Shown: positions 17,876-26,870 of the stretch, in pieces | Numbering within the stretch: the first letter of the stretch is position 1 | Layout of the letters: each line of letters begins with the position of its first letter | Assembly: GCA_028715175.1 (NCBI GenBank) | Contig: JAQUSJ010000002.1 | Coordinates: 22,285-86,284, forward strand | DNA length: 64,000 nucleotides | DNA from: Candidatus Daviesbacteria bacterium | GTDB taxonomy: Bacteria > Patescibacteriota > Microgenomatia > Daviesbacterales > UBA10151 | Direction: 5' to 3' | Notes under the pieces: generated by a model | What the model saw: only the letters and a program-made list of their open reading frames with translations | Told to the model about the DNA's origin: nothing | The model's database searches: none | Position numbers and translations under genes: made by a program

Positions 17876-17970
17876 CCGAACGAAGTAAGGAGACAAAGCG
17901 GGAACAAGATCTTCGAGCGAAGCAAGAAGTAGACTTATTCCCGCTGTCGGCTCCAATAATCCCCAGGTTT

Positions 17971-18327
17971 TTAAATATACTGTTTAACTCTATCAACCAT
18001 CTCTACCAAAGTAACATCTGATTTAACCAGATAATCAACAACTCCTAATTTCTTGGCCTTTTCCACATCCTCTTTTTGGGAAAGATTAGAAGCTACAACT
18101 ACAGGAGTTTTAATCCCTAATTTATTAAGCTCTGATAAAACATAAAATCCGTCTTTTTTGGTCATCATTAAATCCAAAATAATGAGATCAAAATGTTCTT
18201 TAGAAACAGCGGCCAGGGCTTCTTCGCCACTAAAAACCGTGCTTGTTGAATACCCTGCGGAGTTTAATTTTAGACTCATTACCCGAGCTAGCGGTTTTTC
18301 ATCATCAACGATTAGTATCTTTTTCAT
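17971..18327 (-). CDS. Single-domain response regulator (receiver)
   Basis: ILIVDDE, LIILDLMM, SNL, DYLVK. Confidence 0.9.
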   Translation of the reverse strand: MKKILIVDDEKPLARVMSLKLNSAGYSTSTVFSGEEALAAVSKEHFDLIILDLMMTKKDGFYVLSELNKLGIKTPVVVASNLSQKEDVEKAKKLGVVDYLVKSDVTLVEMVDRVKQYI

Positions 18328-18719
18328 TCTGAATTACCTCCTAGAAACTTTTTCATATCTGCAATAATTTGGTCTAATCTAAAATCTACTTTTGTATAAC
18401 ATTTCTGCACCCCTAATTTAAGATATGTTTGAACTTTATCCATAGATACTGTGTTGGAGACGACAAATACCGGCAAATTTTTCCATGATCTGTGTTTTTT
18501 TAAAGCCGTGACAAAATCTAAACCGTTATGTTTGCCAAATAAATAATGATCCAACCAAACAGCATCAACTTTAATACCCTCTTTCAGATAATCCAGGGCT
18601 TGATCTGCTGCTCTGGCAGTTACCACATTAAAACCTTCTGTCTCAAACTTATCTTTAATCACCTTAAGTAATGGTTTCTCATCTTCTAATACCAGGATTG
18701 TTTTAGCTATTTTTTTCAT
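18324..18719 (-). CDS. Single-domain response regulator (receiver)
   Basis: ILVLEDE, VWLDH, NGLD, VVSN. Confidence 0.85.
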   Translation of the reverse strand: MKKIAKTILVLEDEKPLLKVIKDKFETEGFNVVTARAADQALDYLKEGIKVDAVWLDHYLFGKHNGLDFVTALKKHRSWKNLPVFVVSNTVSMDKVQTYLKLGVQKCYTKVDFRLDQIIADMKKFLGGNSE

Positions 18720-18731
18720 ATTTATCCTAAA

Positions 18732-19853
18732 TTATTCTGCCACCTCCTTTCGCGGAATTGAAACATAAAATGTAGTTCCTTTATTCTCTTCCGATTCAAA
18801 CCAAATCTTGCTATTCATCTGATCAGCTATGGCTTTTAAAATATACAGGCCCAATCCTATACCTTCAGGTTCTTGCGCTTTAGCATTATCGGCCCTAAAA
18901 AATCTGTCAAAAATATTGGGCTGGGCGGCTTTAGGTATACCCATACCAGTATCTGCTACCACAATTAGCAGACGACCTTTTTGCTTTTTTATTTTCAGAG
19001 TAATTTTGTCACCTCTGTGGGTGTATTTTGTTGCATTAGAAAACAGGTTTTGAAAAACCATGCTTAGTTGCTTGGGGTCTATCTGGATTTTGGGAATGTT
19101 TTTATCATAAATTTTTCTCACTTTAAGCCCTTTCCTTTTAATCTCCGGTTGATTATCTTCTAATATAGTTAGGGCAAGTTTGACAACATCAGTCGGCTTC
19201 TTTTCAATTATAGTTGTCCCCATTTCGATTCTAGAAACACTAAGTAAAACATTGATAAGATTAACCATTCTTTTGCTGGCGCGGTATGCTTCTTCCAAAT
19301 ATTGTGTTTGTTTTTCATTCAACTTGCCGACATCTTTTGAGAGCAGCAGTTCAACATACCAATTTATGGTGGAAAACGGCGTACGCAGTTGATGGGAAAC
19401 TAGTGAGGCAAATTCTGTTTTGGCTTTGTCAACCTGATTTTCTTTACTAATGTCTCTGAAAGTTTCTACAGCTCCAACTATTTTTTTATTAAGGATAATT
19501 GGAGTTATCACGCTGGCAACCGGAAATTTGCTTTTATCCTTGCGAATATAATAAAAAGGCTCTGTCAAATCAGTCACAACTTTTTTTCCAGATAAAACTT
19601 TAGTCACAATCCTTTCTTTAAAAGGCACTGTCTTTCCATTTTTGTCTTCTCTGGGAAGCACATCAATGACAGGTTTGTTGCGTACTTCATCCAACTTCCA
19701 ACCTGTCATATCTTCGAATACCTTATTGACATAAACGATCTTGCCGCCCTTATTGACATCTACGATTACAATCAAACCGTCGCCAATTGATTGAAGGACA
19801 GCATCATCTCTGATGTTGTGCTCAATTAATTCCTGATATGTTTGTTTTGGCAT
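18732..19853 (-). CDS. Cytoplasmic PAS-domain sensor histidine kinase
   Basis: PAS (YVNKVFE...TGW, RKDK); H-box SHQLRTP; N-box NATKY; G boxes DTGMG and GIGLGL; no TM segment. Confidence 0.93.
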   Translation of the reverse strand: MPKQTYQELIEHNIRDDAVLQSIGDGLIVIVDVNKGGKIVYVNKVFEDMTGWKLDEVRNKPVIDVLPREDKNGKTVPFKERIVTKVLSGKKVVTDLTEPFYYIRKDKSKFPVASVITPIILNKKIVGAVETFRDISKENQVDKAKTEFASLVSHQLRTPFSTINWYVELLLSKDVGKLNEKQTQYLEEAYRASKRMVNLINVLLSVSRIEMGTTIIEKKPTDVVKLALTILEDNQPEIKRKGLKVRKIYDKNIPKIQIDPKQLSMVFQNLFSNATKYTHRGDKITLKIKKQKGRLLIVVADTGMGIPKAAQPNIFDRFFRADNAKAQEPEGIGLGLYILKAIADQMNSKIWFESEENKGTTFYVSIPRKEVAE

Positions 19854-19857
19854 AAGT

Positions 19858-20313
19858 TTATCTTGTAATACTAATGGTTGCTCCTTGTTCAGCAGAAGGA
19901 GCGCAAACAGTCACCCGACCGTTGGAGTTTTTGGCAATAAAATATCCTGTTCCGTTAGTTCCTGATCCGATTGGATCAGTTGGAATAGAAACCACATATT
20001 TTTCGCTGGTTGTCAAAACCGACAGGTCAACCAAACCAGTACAAGTACCACCGGTTTTGCAAATCTGATTTGTTGAAGGTGTTGAACAAGTTGCAGATGT
20101 CGAAATAGATGAAGGCAGCGTACCGCTATTATCGATTGAATACTGGTATGCAGCATTTAAAATAGTGTTGACATCAACTCTTCTCTGAGCATTTCTGGTA
20201 TCCCCCAGCTGTTTGTTGGGATTGATGGCGAGGATGACAATACCAGCAAGGATGGCCATGGCAGCCACCACCAGAAGAATTTCCAGGAGAGTGAAACCAC
20301 GTTCAGTTTTCAT
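19858..20313 (-). CDS. Type IV pilin / pseudopilin (major-like)
   Basis: G|FTLLE class III signal and IPTDP motif; alternative start at 20376. Confidence 0.9.
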   Translation of the reverse strand: MKTERGFTLLEILLVVAAMAILAGIVILAINPNKQLGDTRNAQRRVDVNTILNAAYQYSIDNSGTLPSSISTSATCSTPSTNQICKTGGTCTGLVDLSVLTTSEKYVVSIPTDPIGSGTNGTGYFIAKNSNGRVTVCAPSAEQGATISITR

Positions 20314-20440
20314 GAACGTGGTAGAACCCTTTTTAGAACACTTGTCACTAAAAAGAGATTTTAATAACTTGTCCATGAGCAGAATTTCTGTATAATTTTA
20401 TTGTTGATTGTCTGTAGTTAGTTGTCAAGTATTGCATCTT

Positions 20441-20848
20441 TTATAAGTCTGTCACTTCTTGCCAGGAGGTGATATTAATGCTTGGTCTGATTTTATCCAG
20501 AGTAATGCTTGCTTTCCTTATAATTGTTCCCACTGTGCCGCTGGCAGTGATAGTCCGGTTTTGTCCGGTAAGTTTGGTGACAGTATAGCTGCAGCTACCT
20601 TGACTCAACGTAAGACTGCCGGTACCCTCAAAAGGAATTGAATTGCTGATTTGCTGGAGGGCTTCTTCACTACAGGCATTGACCAAAGCTTTGGCCTGAT
20701 TGGATTGTTCAAGCGAAAAACTGGTTCTCGAAGAACCCAAACCCAAAAGCAAAAGTGAAACAGCAATAGCCACGCCAACAGCGCCGGCCACTAAAACCGT
20801 AATTAGAGCAATATAACCTCTTTGTCTATCGCAAGCTAGCTGTTCCAT
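20441..20848 (-). CDS. PilX-like minor pilin
   Basis: RG|YIALITV signal lacking Glu5, AxxEEAL, C-terminal SWQE. Confidence 0.75.
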   Translation of the reverse strand: MEQLACDRQRGYIALITVLVAGAVGVAIAVSLLLLGLGSSRTSFSLEQSNQAKALVNACSEEALQQISNSIPFEGTGSLTLSQGSCSYTVTKLTGQNRTITASGTVGTIIRKASITLDKIRPSINITSWQEVTDL

Positions 20849-21320
20849 AAAATGTTTTACTAAAATCATATTCATTTCTACCTGATGAATTGATGTGGGT
20901 TAGAGTAAATTGAATACGAATTATACCCGGAGTACCAGTGCGAGAGAGATTATGAAAGGTCAGACCGGAAGCGCTAATACGGGAGTTGGTAAGAGAAACA
21001 GCCGAGCCAGTCCCTTCTTTGATGCAAATCACACCATTATCAAGATCAAAAATGGTCGGGTCATTTGCGACCGTCACCACATCAAAGGTCAACGAGGCGG
21101 AACTGCTACCAACTGCGGGCAAGGTTATTGCTTGGGCATTACGGCCAGTTTGGGTAATAATTTGCATGACTTGAATTCCTTGCTGTTCTACTTCAGCGAT
21201 GGTTTGATTTTTCACCCGCGATTGCATCAGAATAAACAAAAAACCAGCAATAGAAAGAATAACTACCCCGATGATGCTGACATATAAGAGAAGTTCAATA
21301 AGAGTAAATCCTTTCTTCAT
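20826..21320 (-). CDS. Minor pilin (PilW-like)
   Basis: KKG|FTLIELL signal. Confidence 0.85.
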   Translation of the reverse strand: MKKGFTLIELLLYVSIIGVVILSIAGFLFILMQSRVKNQTIAEVEQQGIQVMQIITQTGRNAQAITLPAVGSSSASLTFDVVTVANDPTIFDLDNGVICIKEGTGSAVSLTNSRISASGLTFHNLSRTGTPGIIRIQFTLTHINSSGRNEYDFSKTFYGTASLR

Positions 21321-21324
21321 ATTA

Positions 21325-21912
21325 TTATGGTTTACAACAGCAAGTATCTGCATTTTCTCCTCCTGTACAGTACACATCTCCGCCTGATTCGTACGTTTCG
21401 CTGTTATTTGTACATTGTTGGGGATTTTCTCGACAAGTGCCAGTAGCGTAACTACCCAGCGACTGACAATAAATATCGCAGGAACCGATTGGGGTTGATT
21501 TATTCCAGTCAGTAAAATAGGTCGTGAGAATAACTGCTCCCGAGCGCTGTGGGGTTTGAGACCAAGTCACATTTGAAATGACTTGTTTTCTATTGGCGTC
21601 AACTGAGGTAATAGTCAGGCTGCGGGTAAAAATATCTGTGGTGTCTGATGTTCCGGACAGCGTCCACTGGTTACCGGAAATAGCTAATCCGTGCGGGCCG
21701 TCGGTAAGATTACTAAAGCCGGCATCACGGATATTGCGCACTGCTTCCAAACCTTCATCGGCCAGCATCGTTGCCCGGGATCTTGCTCCGGAGAGTACCG
21801 TACTTTCTTGCCCATAGATAAGGCTGCCAACTAAAGCTATAACAATTAGGCCAAGGACCGAAACGGCCAAAAGAACTTCAACTAAACTAAAACCCGATTG
21901 TACCTTTTTCAT
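21325..21912 (-). CDS. Minor pilin (PilV-like) with Cys-rich C-terminal tail
   Basis: SG|FSLVE, EGLEAVR; tail with eight Cys ending CCCKP. Confidence 0.85.
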   Translation of the reverse strand: MKKVQSGFSLVEVLLAVSVLGLIVIALVGSLIYGQESTVLSGARSRATMLADEGLEAVRNIRDAGFSNLTDGPHGLAISGNQWTLSGTSDTTDIFTRSLTITSVDANRKQVISNVTWSQTPQRSGAVILTTYFTDWNKSTPIGSCDIYCQSLGSYATGTCRENPQQCTNNSETYESGGDVYCTGGENADTCCCKP

Positions 21913-22321
21913 TGATGGAAACCGATCTGCTATCGTTTTCAGTTGACAAATTAATCGTTCCGGTTGCTTGCGGTAAACCGGTGAATTTGGAGAAAACATA
22001 TTCGGTGGTGCCACTGACGCCAATAGTTGTTGCCATATCAAATGTTTCATCAAAATTGCTGTCACGGCTTATAAAACTGGTTCCCTTAAAAAGGACGATA
22101 CTACCACTTTGAACTTGCAGTCCCCAGGAAGTATCCCCATCTACTGCCTGGGATAGCAGTTGTGCCCTGCGCAAAGTTTGAGCAACAGTAGTGGTGGCTA
22201 TATCAAGGTCATTTTTTGTTAGCATGATTCTAAATACCGGAATAGAAAGACCGGATAAAATAGCAACTACGCTAATTGCTAATAGAACCTCAAGCAAGGT
22301 AAAACCACTCTTGTCATTCAC
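21887..22321 (-). CDS. Minor pilin (FimT/GspH-like)
   Basis: SG|FTLLE, LRRAQ, FSKFTG. Confidence 0.85.
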   Translation of the reverse strand: MNDKSGFTLLEVLLAISVVAILSGLSIPVFRIMLTKNDLDIATTTVAQTLRRAQLLSQAVDGDTSWGLQVQSGSIVLFKGTSFISRDSNFDETFDMATTIGVSGTTEYVFSKFTGLPQATGTINLSTENDSRSVSINEKGTIGF

Positions 22322-23367
22322 TTATTCAACCCCCCAATTAAACTATAAATTGGCAAAATTACTGCCAGGGCCACAAATAATACTCCTAACCAGATAGTAA
22401 TTAAAAAAACCGGTTCCAGCATAACTACCAGATTCTTAGTGCTAGTTTGTAACTTATCTTCATAAGTTTGATTCAGGCTTAAAAGTACTTCCGGGAGCCT
22501 ACCTGATCTTTCTGAAGTGATAATGATTTGCTGAATAGGCAAAGGTAAAAGTTTGTTGGTGTCTTTATATAATTTGAAGCTGCTTTCAAAAGAATTGCCT
22601 TGTTCAATACTTTTTTCCAGGCTTAAATATAATTTTTGATAAGCCATAGTGGTGGTTGAAGATGCCAGCGAACTTAGCGCATCAGTCACTGTCAACCCTG
22701 CCTTAAGAAGTGTTCCCAAAAGAAAACCAAGCCTGGCAAGTTCGGTCTCCATTATAATCTTGCTGATTCCGGGAAATCGCATCAATAAAACCTCGCCTGT
22801 ATATTTTGTTTTTCGGCAGAAAAAGAGGAAATAAACAGCTAAACAAATCAAAAAAATTAACAGCGGTATCACCACAATCCCAAATTCTCCCAGGAATTTC
22901 CCCAGAGAAATTAAAATCTTAGTGATCAGAGGAAGTTCCATTCTAAGCTGGGAAAAAACCAGGCTTAATCTGGGCAAAATAAACCAGGCTATGCCAATCC
23001 CGGTGATTAAAGTTAAGGAAAATACAATCACCGGATAGATCATGGCGGATTGGAGTTTGGAGGCAAATTCTCTTATCTTTTGCTGCTGGGTAACGACCAG
23101 TTTTAAATTCTCCGTGAGGTTTCCAGACTCCTCCCCCAGTCTTATTAAAGATATAAAATAATCCGGCAATAACTTAATCTTTTGAAGAGCCACCCAAAGA
23201 GCAGAGCCGGAATCAATTTCCGCTTCCACTAACCCTAAAGCTTTAAACATCTTCCGGGAGCGGGTTTCAGCTTTGATAGAAGTAATGGCCGAGGATACAT
23301 CAATGCCCGAGGCAATCATTATGGCAAGATTTTCTAAAAAATAGTCTTTTTCCGCGTCTCCGAACAT
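22318..23367 (-). CDS. pilC: T2SS/T4P platform protein (PilC/GspF family)
   Basis: GEESGNL, AMIYP, SERSGRL, LEP, LPIY. Confidence 0.92.
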   Translation of the reverse strand: MFGDAEKDYFLENLAIMIASGIDVSSAITSIKAETRSRKMFKALGLVEAEIDSGSALWVALQKIKLLPDYFISLIRLGEESGNLTENLKLVVTQQQKIREFASKLQSAMIYPVIVFSLTLITGIGIAWFILPRLSLVFSQLRMELPLITKILISLGKFLGEFGIVVIPLLIFLICLAVYFLFFCRKTKYTGEVLLMRFPGISKIIMETELARLGFLLGTLLKAGLTVTDALSSLASSTTTMAYQKLYLSLEKSIEQGNSFESSFKLYKDTNKLLPLPIQQIIITSERSGRLPEVLLSLNQTYEDKLQTSTKNLVVMLEPVFLITIWLGVLFVALAVILPIYSLIGGLNK

Positions 23368-23372
23368 TTTTG

Positions 23373-25016
23373 TCAGCGGGGGGAAGCTACCCGCAATACC
23401 TCCTCAAGTGTTGTTATACCTACCTTTACTTTTTCCATACCGTCTTCAAATAAATCTTTAGAACCCTCAGATTTGGCAAGTTGCCAGATTTGATCAACAG
23501 AAGGTTTTTGCAATATCAACTCACGCATTTCCTTCCCGACTGCGATAAACTCAAAAATTGCGCTCCTGCCTTTATAACCTGTCCCGTGACAAACTGTACA
23601 ACCTTTACCTCTATATAAAGTTGTGGAATCATCAAGAAAATGATTTTTTAAATTAGGGAAGTAATTATGTATATAATTTTTAGGGTAAAACTGGCTCATT
23701 TTGCATGATTGGCAAATTGTACGTACTAATCTTTGAGCAACAATCAGCTCCAAAGTCGAAGCCATCAAAAACGGTTCAACTCCTACATCCAACAGCCTGG
23801 GGATAGCAGTTGCTGCATCATTAGCATGAAAAGTGGTCAGCAGAAGGTGACCGGTTAAGGCAGCATTGACAGCGATTTCTGCAGTCTCAGGGTCTCTAAT
23901 CTCTCCTACCAGAATAATGTTTGGATCCTGTCTGATAATAGAACGCAGTCCTTTGGCAAAAGTAAGATTTGTGGCAGGATTAACCTGAATTTGATTAACA
24001 CCGATAATTCTATACTCTATTGGATCCTCAATGGTGGTGATATTCACCTCCGGCCTGTTTAAAAGCTTTATCAAAGCATAAAGAGTAGTAGTTTTACCTG
24101 AACCTGTTGGGCCGGTACAAATAATCATCCCAAAAGGTTTTCTGATGGCAGCTAAAGTCAGCTGCTGGTTAGCTTGTGACAAACCAATATCAGACAGGCT
24201 ATAGTCACGAAGATAGGCAGAAAGTATCCTGATGGCAGTTTTTTCTCCATCCATGGTAGGGACGACTGAAATACGAAGGTCGATAAGTTTGCCATTTACT
24301 GTCATTCTCATGGCACCATCTTGAGGCACCTTATGCTCATCAATCCTAAGTCTGGATTTAACTTTAATCCTGTTTAAAATATTTTCATATAGCGGTTTTG
24401 GGATATTGCCATGTGTTTGCAACACACCATCAATCCTAAAGCGAATAATTACAGCATTTTCTTGTGGTTCGAAATGAATATCCGAAACTTTATTAATTGC
24501 TGCTTCTTCAAAAAGTTCTTCCAGGATTTTTGGGGCAAAACCAGGCGTATCTTTTAAGGCACTACTTAGTCTTGCCACCAATGGCTGCCTATAGTTTACA
24601 AATAAGCTTTCAATATCTTTAGGGAAGCTGTAGACCAAATCAACTATTTTTCCGGAAAAGAGTTTTTGCAGCAATTCTTTAAGATTTTCTTGATTAGGAT
24701 TGGCTGTAGCTATGGTAACCTTTAGGGGTTCTTCTTCTGCCAAAACTATGTAATATTGTAGCGCTATATCTTTTGGGATTTTTAGAATTTGTTCTTGTTG
24801 GGGAGGATTAGCAGTTAAATTAAAAAATGGCACTTTAAAAGCTTCTGCAACAGCTTGTCCAAGCAAACTTCTATTTATTAAACCAGATGTAAAAAGATAA
24901 TCAACAATAGAGCTGTTATGCTCTTTAGCATATTCTTCTGCCTTTAAAATATCATCAGGCGTAACATAACTTTGATGCAAAAGAATCTCTTTAACGATTT
25001 GATCATTTGTATTCAT
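23373..25016 (-). CDS. pilB: T2SS/T4P assembly ATPase (PilB/GspE family)
   Basis: SDIHFEP, GPTGSGKTTT, EDPIE, RQDPNIILVGEIRD, TGH, two CxxC motifs. Confidence 0.95.
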   Translation of the reverse strand: MNTNDQIVKEILLHQSYVTPDDILKAEEYAKEHNSSIVDYLFTSGLINRSLLGQAVAEAFKVPFFNLTANPPQQEQILKIPKDIALQYYIVLAEEEPLKVTIATANPNQENLKELLQKLFSGKIVDLVYSFPKDIESLFVNYRQPLVARLSSALKDTPGFAPKILEELFEEAAINKVSDIHFEPQENAVIIRFRIDGVLQTHGNIPKPLYENILNRIKVKSRLRIDEHKVPQDGAMRMTVNGKLIDLRISVVPTMDGEKTAIRILSAYLRDYSLSDIGLSQANQQLTLAAIRKPFGMIICTGPTGSGKTTTLYALIKLLNRPEVNITTIEDPIEYRIIGVNQIQVNPATNLTFAKGLRSIIRQDPNIILVGEIRDPETAEIAVNAALTGHLLLTTFHANDAATAIPRLLDVGVEPFLMASTLELIVAQRLVRTICQSCKMSQFYPKNYIHNYFPNLKNHFLDDSTTLYRGKGCTVCHGTGYKGRSAIFEFIAVGKEMRELILQKPSVDQIWQLAKSEGSKDLFEDGMEKVKVGITTLEEVLRVASPR

Positions 25017-25251
25017 GGGCAGAGAAGTTACTACTTAAATCATATACCAACTATTAAAATCTTTCCATTGACTGTTTTTTGGGATTAAACTCAGAAAGGT
25101 TAATCAGTTTTACCAGTTAAGAATACACTAATCCCCAATATCAACTATCGGCTCACATTCCCAAGAAGATAACTGTCTAATCCCCTATTTTTGAGTAATT
25201 TTTGTGTAGAGATTTTTAAATAATCTATTATGATATATACTTATATATTAT

Positions 25252-25761
25252 ATGACTCGGCAAGACTTTGAAGAAGTAGTAAAAATTATCGGTGATGACC
25301 CGAAGTATCGCCATTTTATTGACAGAATAAAAAAAGATTTTGATGACAGTGAACATAAAGGCATTCCGGTTGCCATGCATGCTTATTTCATAAAAGAAGG
25401 GAAAGAAAGTATTGGTTTTTGTATTTTATCGCTATCCCCTCTTAAGATGAGGCGATGGGAAAAAACATTTATAGAAGAAGATTGGAAAACGCAAAATTTT
25501 CAGATTGATATTTCATCTTTTGAACTAATGTATCTGTACATTAAACCTGAATTTAGAAGAAAAGGAAAAGCTACCCAGTTATTTAATAAAGTTATCAAAC
25601 GTTCCAAAGTTTTGGGCATTAAATCAATTTATGCTTATGTAAGCGATACAGACAATGCGGCGCTGGAATTCTACCGCAAGAGCGGAGCAAAAATTATCCA
25701 TGATTTTTCCGATGAAACAGAAGGAATAAGCGCAGCTTTTATGGTATGGAAGTTGGAATAA
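25252..25761 (+). CDS. GNAT-family acetyltransferase
   Basis: LYIKPEFRRKGKA, NAALEFYRKSG. Confidence 0.85.
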   Translation: MTRQDFEEVVKIIGDDPKYRHFIDRIKKDFDDSEHKGIPVAMHAYFIKEGKESIGFCILSLSPLKMRRWEKTFIEEDWKTQNFQIDISSFELMYLYIKPEFRRKGKATQLFNKVIKRSKVLGIKSIYAYVSDTDNAALEFYRKSGAKIIHDFSDETEGISAAFMVWKLE

Positions 25762-25776
25762 AGGGGTTGAACCCCT
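25762..25776. repeat. REP palindrome AGGGGTTGAACCCCT
   Basis: Exact copy, between convergent genes. Confidence 0.85.
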
Positions 25777-25782
25777 AAAACG

Positions 25783-26292
25783 CTACTTTAAGGAGGCCAA
25801 GGTAGCCCTAGTTTTGATATCTTTGAGGGTTTTACCAACAGATCCAGTTGTAGCATGATCAGCGATAGGTTCGTCCCAGACCCCGCCGGCAATATTTGCT
25901 ATATCGGTAGCAGAAATAGCCACTCCAGCAGTTAAAGAGCTAGAAGAAACGATAGATTTTATAGTAACTTGATAATCCCCCAAAACACTTGTGAAAGGGC
26001 TTGTCTCATCGTCAGTGATGAGATTTCCGGCCACTGTCAAAGTATGATCAGCCTCCTGTGGCCTGATCTTCCAGCCGTATCTCAACACGATATAAGGAGA
26101 GATGACCTGTCCGCCTCCAATTGCCTGTCCGCCAATGGCCATTATAGGAAACCTAAATTTATTCATTAAAGGATCTGATAACCAATCTTCTTTGGCGTCC
26201 GAATATAAATCCACCACCACATCAAAGGAAGTTACCCCAGTGTTTAGGATAAATAACTTATTATTGGTATCATAAGTCATTTTTTGAGCCAT
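25783..26292 (-). CDS. Hypothetical protein, phage-structural-like
   Basis: VDLYSDAKEDW motif (similar to VYSFLKEEW in the neighbour) and C-terminal VWDE motif; no signal peptide. Confidence 0.7.
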   Translation of the reverse strand: MAQKMTYDTNNKLFILNTGVTSFDVVVDLYSDAKEDWLSDPLMNKFRFPIMAIGGQAIGGGQVISPYIVLRYGWKIRPQEADHTLTVAGNLITDDETSPFTSVLGDYQVTIKSIVSSSSLTAGVAISATDIANIAGGVWDEPIADHATTGSVGKTLKDIKTRATLASLK

Positions 26293-26371
26293 TTGCTGTA
26301 ATTTTTAGCAGAAAAAAATCAATTAATCAACCGATAAAAAGAAAGTCTAAAAATATCAAACTATTCCTAAG

Positions 26372-26866
26372 TTATTTCAACCTGTCCCAAAAGCTTACTT
26401 TTTTGGATTGTTTCCTATTTTCCTGGACTTCTTCTTGTAAATCATTTTTAACCTGTTTGGTTTCGGCTGGAACCGGTACTTCCTCTTGAGGCGGGATTTC
26501 TTCCGGAGCCGCTTGCTGTTTTTTCTTTGCCTCCTGTACTTTCTCTGACAGCTTATTAGTTAAAAATTTCTTTTCTTTAGGAAGTTCTTTAGCCTCTTCT
26601 TTTAAGATTTTGTTCCAGTCGCTGTAAATGCTGGAGGTTCTTTTAACTACTACTAGAGGCGATTTTTCGTCTACATCCCACGTCTTGGCAAACATATTCC
26701 ATCCGCCAAAGTCCTCCTGTTGTTCCATATGTTCCTTGATTCTGTCGACGAAACTCATCAGGCCGGTTTCTTCCCTTGTGGCTTTATTGCCTCCTTCTAT
26801 CTCGGTTTGGAGTCGGAAGCAGAGGTAGCGGATTTGGCGTCTGGTGAGGTCCTCGTTTTTAGTCAT
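26372..26866 (-). CDS. Hypothetical charged protein
   Basis: In the same operon; likely start MTKNEDL; WNMFAKTWDV core followed by a low-complexity tail. Confidence 0.65.
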   Translation of the reverse strand: MTKNEDLTRRQIRYLCFRLQTEIEGGNKATREETGLMSFVDRIKEHMEQQEDFGGWNMFAKTWDVDEKSPLVVVKRTSSIYSDWNKILKEEAKELPKEKKFLTNKLSEKVQEAKKKQQAAPEEIPPQEEVPVPAETKQVKNDLQEEVQENRKQSKKVSFWDRLK

Positions 26867-26870
26867 TTTT

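Noticed and set aside
17860-17955. attL/attR pair bounding the downstream pilus cassette
   Set aside because: The two tRNA 3' copies are only 77 bp apart, and I found no further copy downstream.
17402-18021. Several 60-113 aa ORFs in the track
   Set aside because: They overlap the tRNA genes and the probable 6S RNA and are translations of structural RNA or spacer DNA.
26372-26866. Tat signal in LTRRQIRYL
   Set aside because: No hydrophobic h-region follows the RR pair.
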